IMG/VR virus record: IMGVR_UViG_3300046778_000118
Span: 1 to 31,596 of that record
Length of the DNA stretch: 31,596 nt
Source: a virus
Taxonomy: Duplodnaviria; Caudoviricetes
Strand: one strand, 5' to 3'
Below the pieces are notes generated by a model, which was not told where the DNA came from, did not search any database, and worked only from the letters and a program-made list of their open reading frames with translations. Below are positions 9,201 through 18,593 of this stretch, one piece after another; within the stretch, counting starts at the first letter, position 1; each line of letters opens with the position of its first letter. Position numbers and translations under genes: made by a program.

Positions 9201-9968
9201 TTAACTTTCTGAATAAATTCTAAAACCAGCGGCAACAAATCCGCCTTCGGTTTCAATAAACACTAGAGGTTTCTCCCCAACAGGAGAAACCTCTATACTT
9301 GTATTTGTAGAGGTCATAGTAAAATGACCTTCTGACGTTAAAGGTGTACCCCATCGTAACGTATAATTACCTAAAGCATATGCATGACATATTTCCATAG
9401 TTCTTAAAACAGAACTTTCTCCGGGATTTATATCTGTAAATACATCTTTTAATGCATCTGCATATCCTCTATGAAAGTTATCTTGATTTACTGTGAACCT
9501 AAAATTAGGATCAGTAAACTGGGAAAATAGTTCTTCGGGAACATTTTGAATGTGTGTTTGGGCTCTAGCTTCTACATCTGTATTTGAAATGTGTTCTTGA
9601 GTGTTGAGACCACAAATATACCCACAAGAATAAGGATGTTCTAGAACCCTATTTCCCAGCTTAGTATAAGCCCTAGGATATATATTTGCAAGACATCTCA
9701 AATCACATGCTAAAGATGTTCCCCACATATTATAATTAATCTGATAATTACGACTATTATATGTATAAATTGGAGTATTTAACCCAAAAATTACTGGGAA
9801 TGGGAATGCTTCCATCTTTATTGAAACAGATAATGAAGTAATAAATTCGACGTTTTTAACTATAGCTGGCTTACCTGAACTGCTCATCAACTCATCCCCA
9901 GCTTTAATATTTTTTGCTAATCCCCATTTATTGTTTGAATAATAAACTGGAGTATGTAAACCAACCAT
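9201..9968 (-). CDS. Free-standing degenerate intein (Hint domain with eroded LAGLIDADG-like core)
   Basis: N-terminal TPV...IKAGDELMSSSGKPAIVKNV (intein block A region), C-terminal LVFIETEGGFVAAGFRIYS (blocks F/G), and internal PYSCGYICG and FHRGYADA. Confidence 0.6.
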   Translation of the reverse strand: MVGLHTPVYYSNNKWGLAKNIKAGDELMSSSGKPAIVKNVEFITSLSVSIKMEAFPFPVIFGLNTPIYTYNSRNYQINYNMWGTSLACDLRCLANIYPRAYTKLGNRVLEHPYSCGYICGLNTQEHISNTDVEARAQTHIQNVPEELFSQFTDPNFRFTVNQDNFHRGYADALKDVFTDINPGESSVLRTMEICHAYALGNYTLRWGTPLTSEGHFTMTSTNTSIEVSPVGEKPLVFIETEGGFVAAGFRIYSES

Positions 9969-9981
9969 ATTTTATTTCTTT

Positions 9982-10212
9982 CTAGAGGTTTTTATAACTT
10001 TTTAAGAGACTTGGATCTCTAATAAATTCATCCTCTAATGCATGTACTGCCGCACATAAACGTATATGTAATTCTTTTTTACCATCCTGATTAAAATCTA
10101 TATCAGGATTTAATGTAGAAAGCAATAAAGCCTGTCTCAGTACTCTTAATACTGAGACAGGCAATTTCTTTTCTTCTACGTATGCTTCTATTTCTGCTAA
10201 TAGTTTATCCAC
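9982..10212 (-). CDS. Hypothetical protein (76 aa)
   Basis: Overlap-coupled ORF within the operon. Confidence 0.6.
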   Translation of the reverse strand: MDKLLAEIEAYVEEKKLPVSVLRVLRQALLLSTLNPDIDFNQDGKKELHIRLCAAVHALEDEFIRDPSLLKSYKNL

Positions 10213-10468
10213 TTTTTGGTGCCAAAGTTAAAAAACATTCGTCTAAAATAGGATAAAGAGTTTGAGGAATTTCTTTAACTTTTCCTTCTTTTACTAAATT
10301 ATTAATATATTCTTGAGCTAAAGCTTCATTTGGAAAACTTATAGATAAATTAGTAGCATAAAATTTATTATTTAAAGGAAAAATGTAAGCTATTTCTCCT
10401 GAAAAATTATTTTTATAGTAAACCTTCAAGTCTACATGAACGTTATCACTTGCCAAAATTTTCACCAT
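10205..10468 (-). CDS. Hypothetical protein (87 aa)
   Basis: Overlap-coupled ORF within the operon. Confidence 0.6.
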   Translation of the reverse strand: MVKILASDNVHVDLKVYYKNNFSGEIAYIFPLNNKFYATNLSISFPNEALAQEYINNLVKEGKVKEIPQTLYPILDECFLTLAPKSG

Positions 10469-11540
10469 CTTTCAACGCTTGAGCTACAACCATATGCATA
10501 TCCATATATAAATAGCTACCTAATCTACCGCCAACTAAGTAATTTTTAGGAAGTAATTCACGATATTGTCGGTATAAATCACGATTTTCATCTGAACCTA
10601 TTGGATAGTATCTCTCTTTACCAACAACCCATTCTTCAGGAAACTCGTAACTAATCACAGATTTATAAGGATTAGACTGTAAATCAAAGAAACAATGTTC
10701 ATGAATTCTATTAAATGGGACTGAAGAATGGGTGTAATTAACTGTATGATTACCTTGAAAAACACCGTCTACAGTTCTAAAATCAAACCTAAGAGATCTA
10801 TAAGGAAGAGGTCCAAGTTTGTAGTCTAATAGCTCATCTATCGGCCCTGTATAAATAATATTATCAGAAAGTCGTTCAAATACAGATTTTTCAGATAGAA
10901 AATCTGTATTTAATTGGACTTCAACTCCAGACAACATACGCTCAAACATAGGAGTATATCCACCAATAGGAATACCTTCATATTTAGTAGTTGTAAAGTA
11001 GTGGTCACTCATATCAAAGCGTATAGGAATACGCTTTATAATCGATATAGGTAGATCTTTTGCTGAACGGCCCCATTGCCGCTCAGTATATCCTTTAATA
11101 AATATTTCATAAATCTCAGGTCCAACTTGAGACAAACACCACTCTTCTAAATTCTTGGGCGAGTCTATACTCACTTTCCGAGCTTCAAGGGCTGTACGAG
11201 CCTCGTGAGGGGTTGTACAGCCATATAACTGATGGAGTGTAAACAAGTTTATTGGGAAAGAATAGATCTTATTTAAGTAATTTACTTTAACAGAGCATTT
11301 GAAGTTATTAAATTTAGTAAACTGAGAAATGTAATCTTGAACTTTATCAGAGTCATTATTCCAAACGTGGCCACCATACATATGTACAGGTATGCCATAC
11401 TGCATTTCAGTATAGCAATTTCCTCCAATATGATGACGTTTATCTATTACTAAAACTTTCTTTTTTTGTTCTGTAAGCTGTTGTGCAAGAACAGAACCAT
11501 AGATGCCCGCACCGACAATAATGGCATCATATTTATTCAT
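10446..11540 (-). CDS. glf: UDP-galactopyranose mutase
   Basis: FAD-binding IVGAGIYG, IDKRHHIGGNCY, HMYGGH, YTERQWG, EGIPIGGYT, LPYRSLRF, RYYP and GRLGSYLYMDM; 364 aa, full length. Confidence 0.95.
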   Translation of the reverse strand: MNKYDAIIVGAGIYGSVLAQQLTEQKKKVLVIDKRHHIGGNCYTEMQYGIPVHMYGGHVWNNDSDKVQDYISQFTKFNNFKCSVKVNYLNKIYSFPINLFTLHQLYGCTTPHEARTALEARKVSIDSPKNLEEWCLSQVGPEIYEIFIKGYTERQWGRSAKDLPISIIKRIPIRFDMSDHYFTTTKYEGIPIGGYTPMFERMLSGVEVQLNTDFLSEKSVFERLSDNIIYTGPIDELLDYKLGPLPYRSLRFDFRTVDGVFQGNHTVNYTHSSVPFNRIHEHCFFDLQSNPYKSVISYEFPEEWVVGKERYYPIGSDENRDLYRQYRELLPKNYLVGGRLGSYLYMDMHMVVAQALKDGENFGK

Positions 11541-11549
11541 TATTTTAAG

Positions 11550-12203
11550 TTACCATTTCTTAACTTGTTGCCATACTGAGTTTGCTATAAGTTCACAGCC
11601 AACCAAGTCTGCTTCTGAAAAAGGTTCATCTTTATATTTAGCCATAGATAAATAAAATATTTGTTTAGGCTTTATACCAACTTTTATAATCATTGAGTGT
11701 GTAACACCTTCTGCTTTATAATAAGTTTTTAGTTGGCATGGAGACATTTCAGATGTTGACAACATTACAGTATTAGTTTGTAAAACTTGTAATAGCATAT
11801 TAATATATGTAGGATCTACAGTAATATGTCTATAATTAGACAAATCATAATTAGATTTGTCATCTAGTATATGCCACTGCATTGCTGTTGTGTAAAAAGG
11901 TTTTCCCGGTTGAGGCACACCACCACCATTGTGCCCACACCAAAGTATAACTCTTTCCACCCCATATTTTTTAGTAGAAACTAATAATTCACTTACTTCA
12001 GCTAAAGACTCAATTCCTTCGATAGTTTGTTGGGTAACATACTCTGGATCTGCTTTAAGTTCTAATTCATTTATTCTACTATGGAGATCTTTTAACTCCA
12101 AATTTTCTTTTGCTTTTTTACGATTTTCCATATAAGACCATAATTGAGTACCTGTCAAAACACTAGTAGCTAGCCCAAAGATAAGTGTCATAGTATCTGC
12201 CAT
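11550..12203 (-). CDS. Membrane protein with N-terminal TM helix, coiled coil and GAF-like domain (possible T4-type holin)
   Basis: A single N-terminal hydrophobic helix, a charged coil, then VERVILWCGHNGG...YKAEGVTHSMII with an alpha/beta GAF-like pattern. The holin role is inference. Confidence 0.4.
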   Translation of the reverse strand: MADTMTLIFGLATSVLTGTQLWSYMENRKKAKENLELKDLHSRINELELKADPEYVTQQTIEGIESLAEVSELLVSTKKYGVERVILWCGHNGGGVPQPGKPFYTTAMQWHILDDKSNYDLSNYRHITVDPTYINMLLQVLQTNTVMLSTSEMSPCQLKTYYKAEGVTHSMIIKVGIKPKQIFYLSMAKYKDEPFSEADLVGCELIANSVWQQVKKW

Positions 12204-12252
12204 CTAAAATTCACCCCTATTTATAATTTGTATATGTATATAACATTCATTC

Positions 12253-12726
12253 TTAAGAGGGTTCAGATAAGTTTGTGGTTAAAATAACATTTCCATCTAG
12301 AAAATTTTCTTTACGCCATTTTATTCTATCTGTATAACGGGGATTACATCCAAACTTAGATTCTAAAAACCACATTTTTTGACACACATTTTCAAAAGAC
12401 TTTTGCTTGTAATATAATGTATTCCACTCCTGCTCATAAATTTCATACTGAGCTTTTATATCTTTTTTTAATTGTACAATAGGCTTTTCTCTATTATATA
12501 CAATACAAGCTTGAATTACTTTATAATGATCTCTCGGAGGCTCAAATTCTGTAAACTCTCTAGATGAAAAATGAATATTACTTATTGTAGGATTTTCTTT
12601 TAGCTTAAGAATTAAAGCAAAAACTTGCTCAGTTGATTTACCCTGTATATTGGTATAGTCCTCATAATGAAGAGGAATAGATATCTCTTTGGCTATAGCC
12701 TTAATTTCATTTTCACTTAAGATCAT
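12253..12726 (-). CDS. Hypothetical protein (157 aa)
   Basis: Co-oriented, tightly packed ORF. Confidence 0.6.
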   Translation of the reverse strand: MILSENEIKAIAKEISIPLHYEDYTNIQGKSTEQVFALILKLKENPTISNIHFSSREFTEFEPPRDHYKVIQACIVYNREKPIVQLKKDIKAQYEIYEQEWNTLYYKQKSFENVCQKMWFLESKFGCNPRYTDRIKWRKENFLDGNVILTTNLSEPS

Positions 12727-12949
12727 CTTTAGCTACATCTAAGCTTTCTAAAGACTCAATACCCAATGGTATATCGGAATTATTATTGTAATGTCTTTCT
12801 AGAACTCTAGCAGCGCATACAAAAAAGTAAAAAGGAACTTCTACATCCTCTGAAGATTTTTCAATTAGGATGTTTCCTTTTTCATACTTAAAACTAATTG
12901 ATTTATCTCCGGGTAAATCAAATGCAACACCAAATTTTTTATCTAACAT
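12713..12949 (-). CDS. Hypothetical protein (78 aa)
   Basis: Co-oriented, tightly packed ORF. Confidence 0.6.
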   Translation of the reverse strand: MLDKKFGVAFDLPGDKSISFKYEKGNILIEKSSEDVEVPFYFFVCAARVLERHYNNNSDIPLGIESLESLDVAKDDLK

Positions 12950-12953
12950 ATTA

Positions 12954-13328
12954 TTACTTTATTTCAACATTGTCCATTACAAAATCATAGATTTGATTTT
13001 CTTCAAGATATGTTGTTTCCACATTATTTATTTCGTGAAGTTCTACATGGCAATTTTTGCATAACAAAATGCACTTCTCTAACTCAGGTAAAACTTTTTT
13101 CCAATTATGTAAATGCTGAGAAATAGCAAACTCCTTATCCTCACCATTTCTTATATGGTGAAAATCTAAAGCTGCTAAACACCTATCATAATGACATAAT
13201 TGACATTTGCCACCCTTTAATTGAATGGCTTTTAATTTATTTCTACGATACAAGTTCTTTCTGTTGCATAAAGTACAGAAAGAACTCTTACGAACAGAAG
13301 CTACTTTTTTACACTGTAAGCACAACAT
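12954..13328 (-). CDS. HNH endonuclease with zinc-binding CxxC pairs
   Basis: KGGKCQLCHY...LDFHH...ELEKCILLCKNCHVELH. Confidence 0.85.
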   Translation of the reverse strand: MLCLQCKKVASVRKSSFCTLCNRKNLYRRNKLKAIQLKGGKCQLCHYDRCLAALDFHHIRNGEDKEFAISQHLHNWKKVLPELEKCILLCKNCHVELHEINNVETTYLEENQIYDFVMDNVEIK

Positions 13329-13673
13329 CTAGATTAATTTTTCTAATACAGATAAAAGGATGTTTACTCTAAAGTCTTTACTTTTAAATTCTACTTTACA
13401 ATCATTTACTTGTATAAACATAAGTCTATTAGCCTCAATATTTATTGCAACATTTTCCTGACTCCAGCGGTAACAAGCTGTATAAGATAAATCTCCAATA
13501 CCTTTTGTAACCATTAGATTAAGCACATCATAAAATCTCTTAGAAAAGTCATGTATAGTTATAGAATCTTCATAAAACTTAATATTTATTATATTAGAAG
13601 AATCTGACTCATAAATTTCAACTTTAAGGTGCGCATCTATATATGTTTTTATAATTTTATTTTCTATAAACAT
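13329..13673 (-). CDS. Hypothetical protein (114 aa)
   Basis: Co-oriented, tightly packed ORF. Confidence 0.6.
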   Translation of the reverse strand: MFIENKIIKTYIDAHLKVEIYESDSSNIINIKFYEDSITIHDFSKRFYDVLNLMVTKGIGDLSYTACYRWSQENVAINIEANRLMFIQVNDCKVEFKSKDFRVNILLSVLEKLI

Positions 13674-13679
13674 ATTTAC

Positions 13680-14231
13680 CTACTCTAAATATTTATGAAC
13701 GGTTAAATAATCAAGAATATCTTTTACAGTATCTTTGGAAGACTTTAAATAAACTGGAAGATGTGAGTTATCTTCTAACCACTTCCGCATAATTTCTTCA
13801 TGCTCCATAGATTCTTCAGAAGTTTGATTACGACCAACTTCCTCGAAAGGAATCTCTGAATTCCTTTCGAGGAAAAAGCTTACATTATTCTGACCATTAA
13901 ACGTAGCCCAAGCATACGTACGCCACTCAGGAATACATCTGGGATTAGAATAAATTTGCCCGTAGAAATCAGCTAAGATAATAGGACTATCATTAATAAT
14001 AAAATCTACTTGATTCAAAGGCAAAGTTTGGTAATAAACTTGCTTCTCAAACACATAAGGTTGTTGTTTTAATGTTTTAAAGTCTTTTAACCAACTCTTA
14101 TTCTTAGCATATTCGTTTATATACTCCGCTGAACGACCCATTTTCTTTAAATGGTAAGCTAGTCCATATGCTGTAGTGGATTTTCCAGAGCCACTTGCTC
14201 CAAATAAATTAATTATTAATGTGTTTTTCAT
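13680..14231 (-). CDS. P-loop kinase/ATPase (NadR/AAA_28-like)
   Basis: IINLFGASGSGKST, EYAK, IINDSP and GRNQ. Confidence 0.8.
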   Translation of the reverse strand: MKNTLIINLFGASGSGKSTTAYGLAYHLKKMGRSAEYINEYAKNKSWLKDFKTLKQQPYVFEKQVYYQTLPLNQVDFIINDSPIILADFYGQIYSNPRCIPEWRTYAWATFNGQNNVSFFLERNSEIPFEEVGRNQTSEESMEHEEIMRKWLEDNSHLPVYLKSSKDTVKDILDYLTVHKYLE

Positions 14232-15014
14232 TTATATATGTATAACATCAGGACCTGTATAGTTATAGTCAAAATACAAGTCTTGCTTTCTTTCTACTCG
14301 ATGTGTTTTATGCAATAAAGCAACCATATTGTTATTGCAGGAAGTATTTCTACTTATTTGCTCTTCTTGAGACAAAACTGCAGGCTTATTATAAGCTAAA
14401 GGTTCTTTATACATAGAAACAAATCTATTACCTGTATAGGTTAATAGACCACTATGAAGTAATCTTCTACCATAATCAATATCTTGATATCCATATCTAA
14501 AGAAATTTAAGCAATCAAATCCACCAATAGTTTCTATGCAAAATCTACTGAGTAAATTAAATAGGCCAAAAAACTCTCCTTTTTGGTAAAGAGTTATGTC
14601 ATTTTCTAAGTGGATTTCTTCTGTAGAAGGGTGAGAATCTTCACAAATTGCATGAATATTAGGATCTTTTGCAACTTCTAATACTTTGTCAGCCCATCCG
14701 GGATGCATAAAAGCATCTCCATCAAGGAATAAGACATGAGTAAAGTTTTTAGACATAAAATATTGTAGAGCAGTATTTCGTGCTCCCGCCCAATCTTTTT
14801 CTGGAATAACATGAATATAGGATAAAGGAAATTCAGATAATCTTTCTAAAAGAGCTATATTTCTAACGTTATTGTTGATAACTTTATACTCAAATTCTGG
14901 TCTATCTTTAATGTGACCAAGCATCTGATGTATATGGTCGTATACATCAGATGCTTTACCTGAATATTGATCACCTTCAGGACACCAAATTAAACTACAT
15001 ATTAATATTTTCAT
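14232..15014 (-). CDS. GT-A fold glycosyltransferase (GT2-like)
   Basis: AGARN, LFLDGD (DxD motif) and IGGFD...YGYQDIDYGRR. Confidence 0.8.
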   Translation of the reverse strand: MKILICSLIWCPEGDQYSGKASDVYDHIHQMLGHIKDRPEFEYKVINNNVRNIALLERLSEFPLSYIHVIPEKDWAGARNTALQYFMSKNFTHVLFLDGDAFMHPGWADKVLEVAKDPNIHAICEDSHPSTEEIHLENDITLYQKGEFFGLFNLLSRFCIETIGGFDCLNFFRYGYQDIDYGRRLLHSGLLTYTGNRFVSMYKEPLAYNKPAVLSQEEQISRNTSCNNNMVALLHKTHRVERKQDLYFDYNYTGPDVIHI

Positions 15015-15018
15015 ACTT

Positions 15019-15732
15019 TTATTCTTTATGGCAATAGATTAATCTATCTAATCCAAATGCTATTTCTAATACTTCTGCATCAGATTCCACAACTCCAGAT
15101 TTACTCCCAAATTTTAATTTAGCTGGGAAATCTGTTCTTTTAGATATGGAACAAACCTCTAACCATTTAGCATTTGTTTTAACTTCTATATCTATTGTTT
15201 TAAGACTATAGTTAGGTAAGCGATCACTGACTACAACACGAACTTCTTTATTTGTTAATCTTGAAACAATTGGAACTAAACTTTCAATAATAGAAGTCAT
15301 ATAGTCATTTTTTGTAGAAGTAGAATATATACATTGATACTCTAATTGATAAAACTCTTTTAATCTAACATTAGAAGTTACTTGATCTTGTTCTTGACGA
15401 AAAGATTTACCTGATTGATAAACAACTAATGGAGCTAAATTTAATTTAGAGTCCATTAAATGAATTGCATATTGGTAAGATCCTGCAGTTGTTTCCGGTC
15501 GTAAGGTCAAATTATCTGACGTTTTATACACTTGAGAATCAGAATACTCTGGATTTATTAAAGCATTAGGAGTTAAAAGAGAGGATTCTATCCTATAAAA
15601 TTTCCAAGCATTGTTTTCTGTTAATAAAGATTCTTTTATAACAGATGAAATATATGTTGTACAAAATTCTCTAAATTGAATATCTTGTTCAGTCCACACA
15701 ACTAGTCCATTAGTATTAAAAATTGAAACCAT
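15019..15732 (-). CDS. Class II aminoacyl-tRNA synthetase catalytic core (GlyRS-like) lacking an anticodon-binding domain
   Basis: LRPETTAG, motif 2 QSGKSFRQE...RLKEFYQLEYQ, and motif 3 EIAFGLDRL ending 7 residues from the C-terminus; only 237 aa. Confidence 0.85.
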   Translation of the reverse strand: MVSIFNTNGLVVWTEQDIQFREFCTTYISSVIKESLLTENNAWKFYRIESSLLTPNALINPEYSDSQVYKTSDNLTLRPETTAGSYQYAIHLMDSKLNLAPLVVYQSGKSFRQEQDQVTSNVRLKEFYQLEYQCIYSTSTKNDYMTSIIESLVPIVSRLTNKEVRVVVSDRLPNYSLKTIDIEVKTNAKWLEVCSISKRTDFPAKLKFGSKSGVVESDAEVLEIAFGLDRLIYCHKE

Positions 15733-15956
15733 TATATTATCGATTCTATGTTTAAAAATGCTTGGGACAAACTCTTTGCATCTCTATGGTCTAAATATAG
15801 TGCAAAAGAAGATGTCTGAGTATACACAGTAAGCATAACTTTTATTGTAGATGTATAAACATGGTACGTAAGAAACGTACCATGTTTAATTTGCTGAGAA
15901 ATAGATTTTACATAATCTTTTTCTTTTATATGTTGAGAGTCTTTATACGTCTTCAA
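15732..15956 (-). CDS. Hypothetical protein (74 aa)
   Basis: Stop/start-coupled ORF. Confidence 0.55.
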   Translation of the reverse strand: MKTYKDSQHIKEKDYVKSISQQIKHGTFLTYHVYTSTIKVMLTVYTQTSSFALYLDHRDAKSLSQAFLNIESII

Positions 15957-16197
15957 TTTTACTATACTGTTCTTTTAGATTAGTTAGAGCATCAATAAGA
16001 TTATCAATGGTTACACTTGTAGGAAGACTTATAAGAGCTGAAAACTTTTTAGTTACTACATCTAATGTAATAAACTCAGAAAAGTTATCTTCTTCATAAG
16101 CTCTAACTAGATTAAAAGATACATTTTTATCCACACTTGAGATGAGTAAGATATTTCTCTCATCTATTAATTCTGTGTCTATATCAACTTGTTTCAT
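15943..16197 (-). CDS. Hypothetical protein (84 aa)
   Basis: Packed ORF with AAGGA upstream. Confidence 0.6.
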   Translation of the reverse strand: MKQVDIDTELIDERNILLISSVDKNVSFNLVRAYEEDNFSEFITLDVVTKKFSALISLPTSVTIDNLIDALTNLKEQYSKIEDV

Positions 16198-16206
16198 TTT
16201 TTTTCC

Positions 16207-16692
16207 TTACGATGTGGATCCAAATCCACCTTGTCTTTGACTTTCTCCACCGTTGTCATCTTCGGTTAGTAAATAAGGGGTGAAAATAACTTGGCCCAAC
16301 TTATCACCCTTTTTAATGACAACATCTTCATGTCCAAAGTTAAGAAGCATGAAAGACAGTTCGCCTTCATTCTTTGCATAATAATAATCAGAATCTACTA
16401 CACCTACATTGTTTGTAAGCATTAAATTCTTTTTTAAAAATAAAGAAGAGCGAGCGTAAACTAATGCGGCTACACCTTCGGGAAATTGAATTCTAATTCC
16501 AGTTCTTATCTTATGGACTACATTAGTTGTCCCTAAAGTCCCATCAAGGTTTACAAATGAAGTAAAAGAGGGAGAAAGAACTTTAGCTTCTCCTGCACAT
16601 AAATCATATCCTGCGGAACCATGTGTGGCTCGACTGGGTAATGGGAAATCTTCTGGACTAAACCCAGTTACATATTCAAACTTAATTGACAT
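16207..16692 (-). CDS. dut: Trimeric dUTPase
   Basis: SAGYDL, ARSS, GVVDSDY, GDKLGQ and RQGGFGST motifs. Confidence 0.95.
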   Translation of the reverse strand: MSIKFEYVTGFSPEDFPLPSRATHGSAGYDLCAGEAKVLSPSFTSFVNLDGTLGTTNVVHKIRTGIRIQFPEGVAALVYARSSLFLKKNLMLTNNVGVVDSDYYYAKNEGELSFMLLNFGHEDVVIKKGDKLGQVIFTPYLLTEDDNGGESQRQGGFGSTS

Positions 16693-17293
16693 TTTTATTA
16701 TTTTTCTTATCGATATTACATTGTTTACAACCTAAGCCATACAAATGATCTTTAGGTGCAATACTAAACTCCCCATGAACAGGGCAAATAATAATTACAG
16801 GTAAACGCATATTTCTGTAATTTGTTTTGGAGTAATCAAACTTTGAATTGTGAAAAGCATTTGCTTTATTTACAAATTCTTCTGGACTTAAACTATTTTT
16901 ATGAATTCTACAATGCTTACATTCTTGTCCTCTTAAATGATTTTGTACGTTTAGATTAAAATCTCCGTGATAGGGGCAAGTCACAGTAAATAGTTTATCT
17001 ATTCCAGTGTATACAGATTTTTCATATGAATACTTATTATTATAAAGTAAATTTGCTTTTCTAATAATTTCTTCCAATTGTAATTTAGGACGACGCTTAT
17101 TTAGACTACACTTCATACACCCACGACCTTTATAATGGTCGTGAGGTGTTTGTAAGAAGTCTCCGTGATATCTACAAGTAATTATAACTTTAGTATATTG
17201 ATTTACATATTTACTTTTAGAGTAATCATAAAAATCATCTTGGAGAAATTTTGCTTTTTCTATAAAATGAGCAGTAGTAGAAGCTACAGGCAT
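16682..17293 (-). CDS. Three-repeat zinc-ribbon protein (DUF723-like), no nuclease domain evident
   Basis: Three copies of K-A...Y.Y.K..Y......V.I.C..HG.F......H..G..CxxC. Confidence 0.75.
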   Translation of the reverse strand: MPVASTTAHFIEKAKFLQDDFYDYSKSKYVNQYTKVIITCRYHGDFLQTPHDHYKGRGCMKCSLNKRRPKLQLEEIIRKANLLYNNKYSYEKSVYTGIDKLFTVTCPYHGDFNLNVQNHLRGQECKHCRIHKNSLSPEEFVNKANAFHNSKFDYSKTNYRNMRLPVIIICPVHGEFSIAPKDHLYGLGCKQCNIDKKNNKNVN

Positions 17294-17297
17294 TTAA

Positions 17298-17858
17298 TTA
17301 ACCTTCTTTTCTAGGTCTACCTTTAGCCACAGGTTTTTCTGTTGAGCTAGGTTTCTCTGCACGTACATATAATGAAAAAGCTTTATGCTGGAGGTTGTGC
17401 ATATCTTGATGCTCTTCACGTTGAATATTTACAAATCCAAGTTCTTGAAGTGTCCAAGCTAAAGACGCAAAACAATAAGCATACTTGTGTCTCATATAAA
17501 TATTTGGTTCTCGGTGATCGCCACCAAAGAAATGATTTGCATCTTTCCAAAAGTAGTTATTAACACTTTCCCAGCTATTTTTTAATTGACAATCTGCAAA
17601 CTTATCATAGTCAGGTACAGCTATATGTAAAACACCGCCAGGTTCTAACAAGGAAAAGCATTTAGTCAAAAATGCTTTTCCATCTTCTCTAGTAAAATGC
17701 TCTAAAATATGACTTGCTAAAATCTCATCCGACTGAGGAAGAGGACGCCAATTATCACTAGTCAAATCTATAATTACATCAGCATTTTCAATATCAACTG
17801 TCAACCAACCAAGCATTATTCTGTCTGGATAATTTTGACAACCTAAATTTAATTTCAA
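17298..17858 (-). CDS. Class I SAM-dependent methyltransferase of the type found in glycan loci
   Basis: KLNLGC, ILASHILEHF and LEPGGVLHIAVPD. Confidence 0.85.
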   Translation of the reverse strand: MKLNLGCQNYPDRIMLGWLTVDIENADVIIDLTSDNWRPLPQSDEILASHILEHFTREDGKAFLTKCFSLLEPGGVLHIAVPDYDKFADCQLKNSWESVNNYFWKDANHFFGGDHREPNIYMRHKYAYCFASLAWTLQELGFVNIQREEHQDMHNLQHKAFSLYVRAEKPSSTEKPVAKGRPRKEG

Positions 17859-18130
17859 TCTAATTCTCTTTCTTTAGACACTAAATTTGAATCAATTTCA
17901 TTAAACTTTTGTAAGAAAAGTTTAGTTCCGATTAGATCTTCTTTAAATGTATGTTCAAAATCTAAGCGTATATTAATACTTAAATAATATCTTTTTAGTT
18001 CCAAATATTCATCTATACCAAAAGACTTATGTTCTTCAGGAGTTAATTCATACTCACATCTATCAAGCTGACCTAGTTTAATTTTAATTCCACGTTTAAT
18101 GGAATTCATTGTGGGAATATTACCAATCAT
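17855..18130 (-). CDS. Hypothetical protein (91 aa)
   Basis: Overlap-coupled ORF. Confidence 0.55.
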   Translation of the reverse strand: MIGNIPTMNSIKRGIKIKLGQLDRCEYELTPEEHKSFGIDEYLELKRYYLSINIRLDFEHTFKEDLIGTKLFLQKFNEIDSNLVSKERELD

Positions 18131-18560
18131 AATGACATCCTTTTATATTCTTTTCAAGTAAATGCTCTTTTAGTGCAATCATTCTTTCAACAGTCATAAA
18201 ATCATGTGCAATGTCATCATGATCTTCTATTGAGCCTTCATAATATATTCCATCTATAGCAACATTATCTTCTTCAAAATACTCAATATGTGCCACAAAA
18301 TCTACTGTTTCATTTCTATTTGCATATGCAAAGAAAAAATGCTTGTATTTTTCAGGAATGTCTAACCCTGGAAAACTATAAATAAACAAAGCTAAATCAC
18401 CAACATCTGTTTTAGAAAAAATATTCCATTTTTCGTTTAAAGGGATAGATTTATCTGTACAAAACTTTTTAACTTTAGAATAAAAATTATTTTTATATTC
18501 ATTAAATGATTTTAAATCTTCTAAAACATCTTCGGTAGTAACATAATCGCCTGTATGCAT
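18120..18560 (-). CDS. Hypothetical acidic protein (146 aa)
   Basis: Packed ORF. Confidence 0.6.
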   Translation of the reverse strand: MHTGDYVTTEDVLEDLKSFNEYKNNFYSKVKKFCTDKSIPLNEKWNIFSKTDVGDLALFIYSFPGLDIPEKYKHFFFAYANRNETVDFVAHIEYFEEDNVAIDGIYYEGSIEDHDDIAHDFMTVERMIALKEHLLEKNIKGCHYDW

Positions 18561-18593
18561 ACTTAACCAACTCTTTCGTGCATATAAACTTAT

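Noticed and set aside
4932-12226. TATAAATA (T4 late promoter-like) just upstream of terL and of the 11550..12203 gene
   Set aside because: Expected by chance in such AT-rich DNA, and the terL copy is too close to the ATG. No sigma-factor gene is visible in the window.
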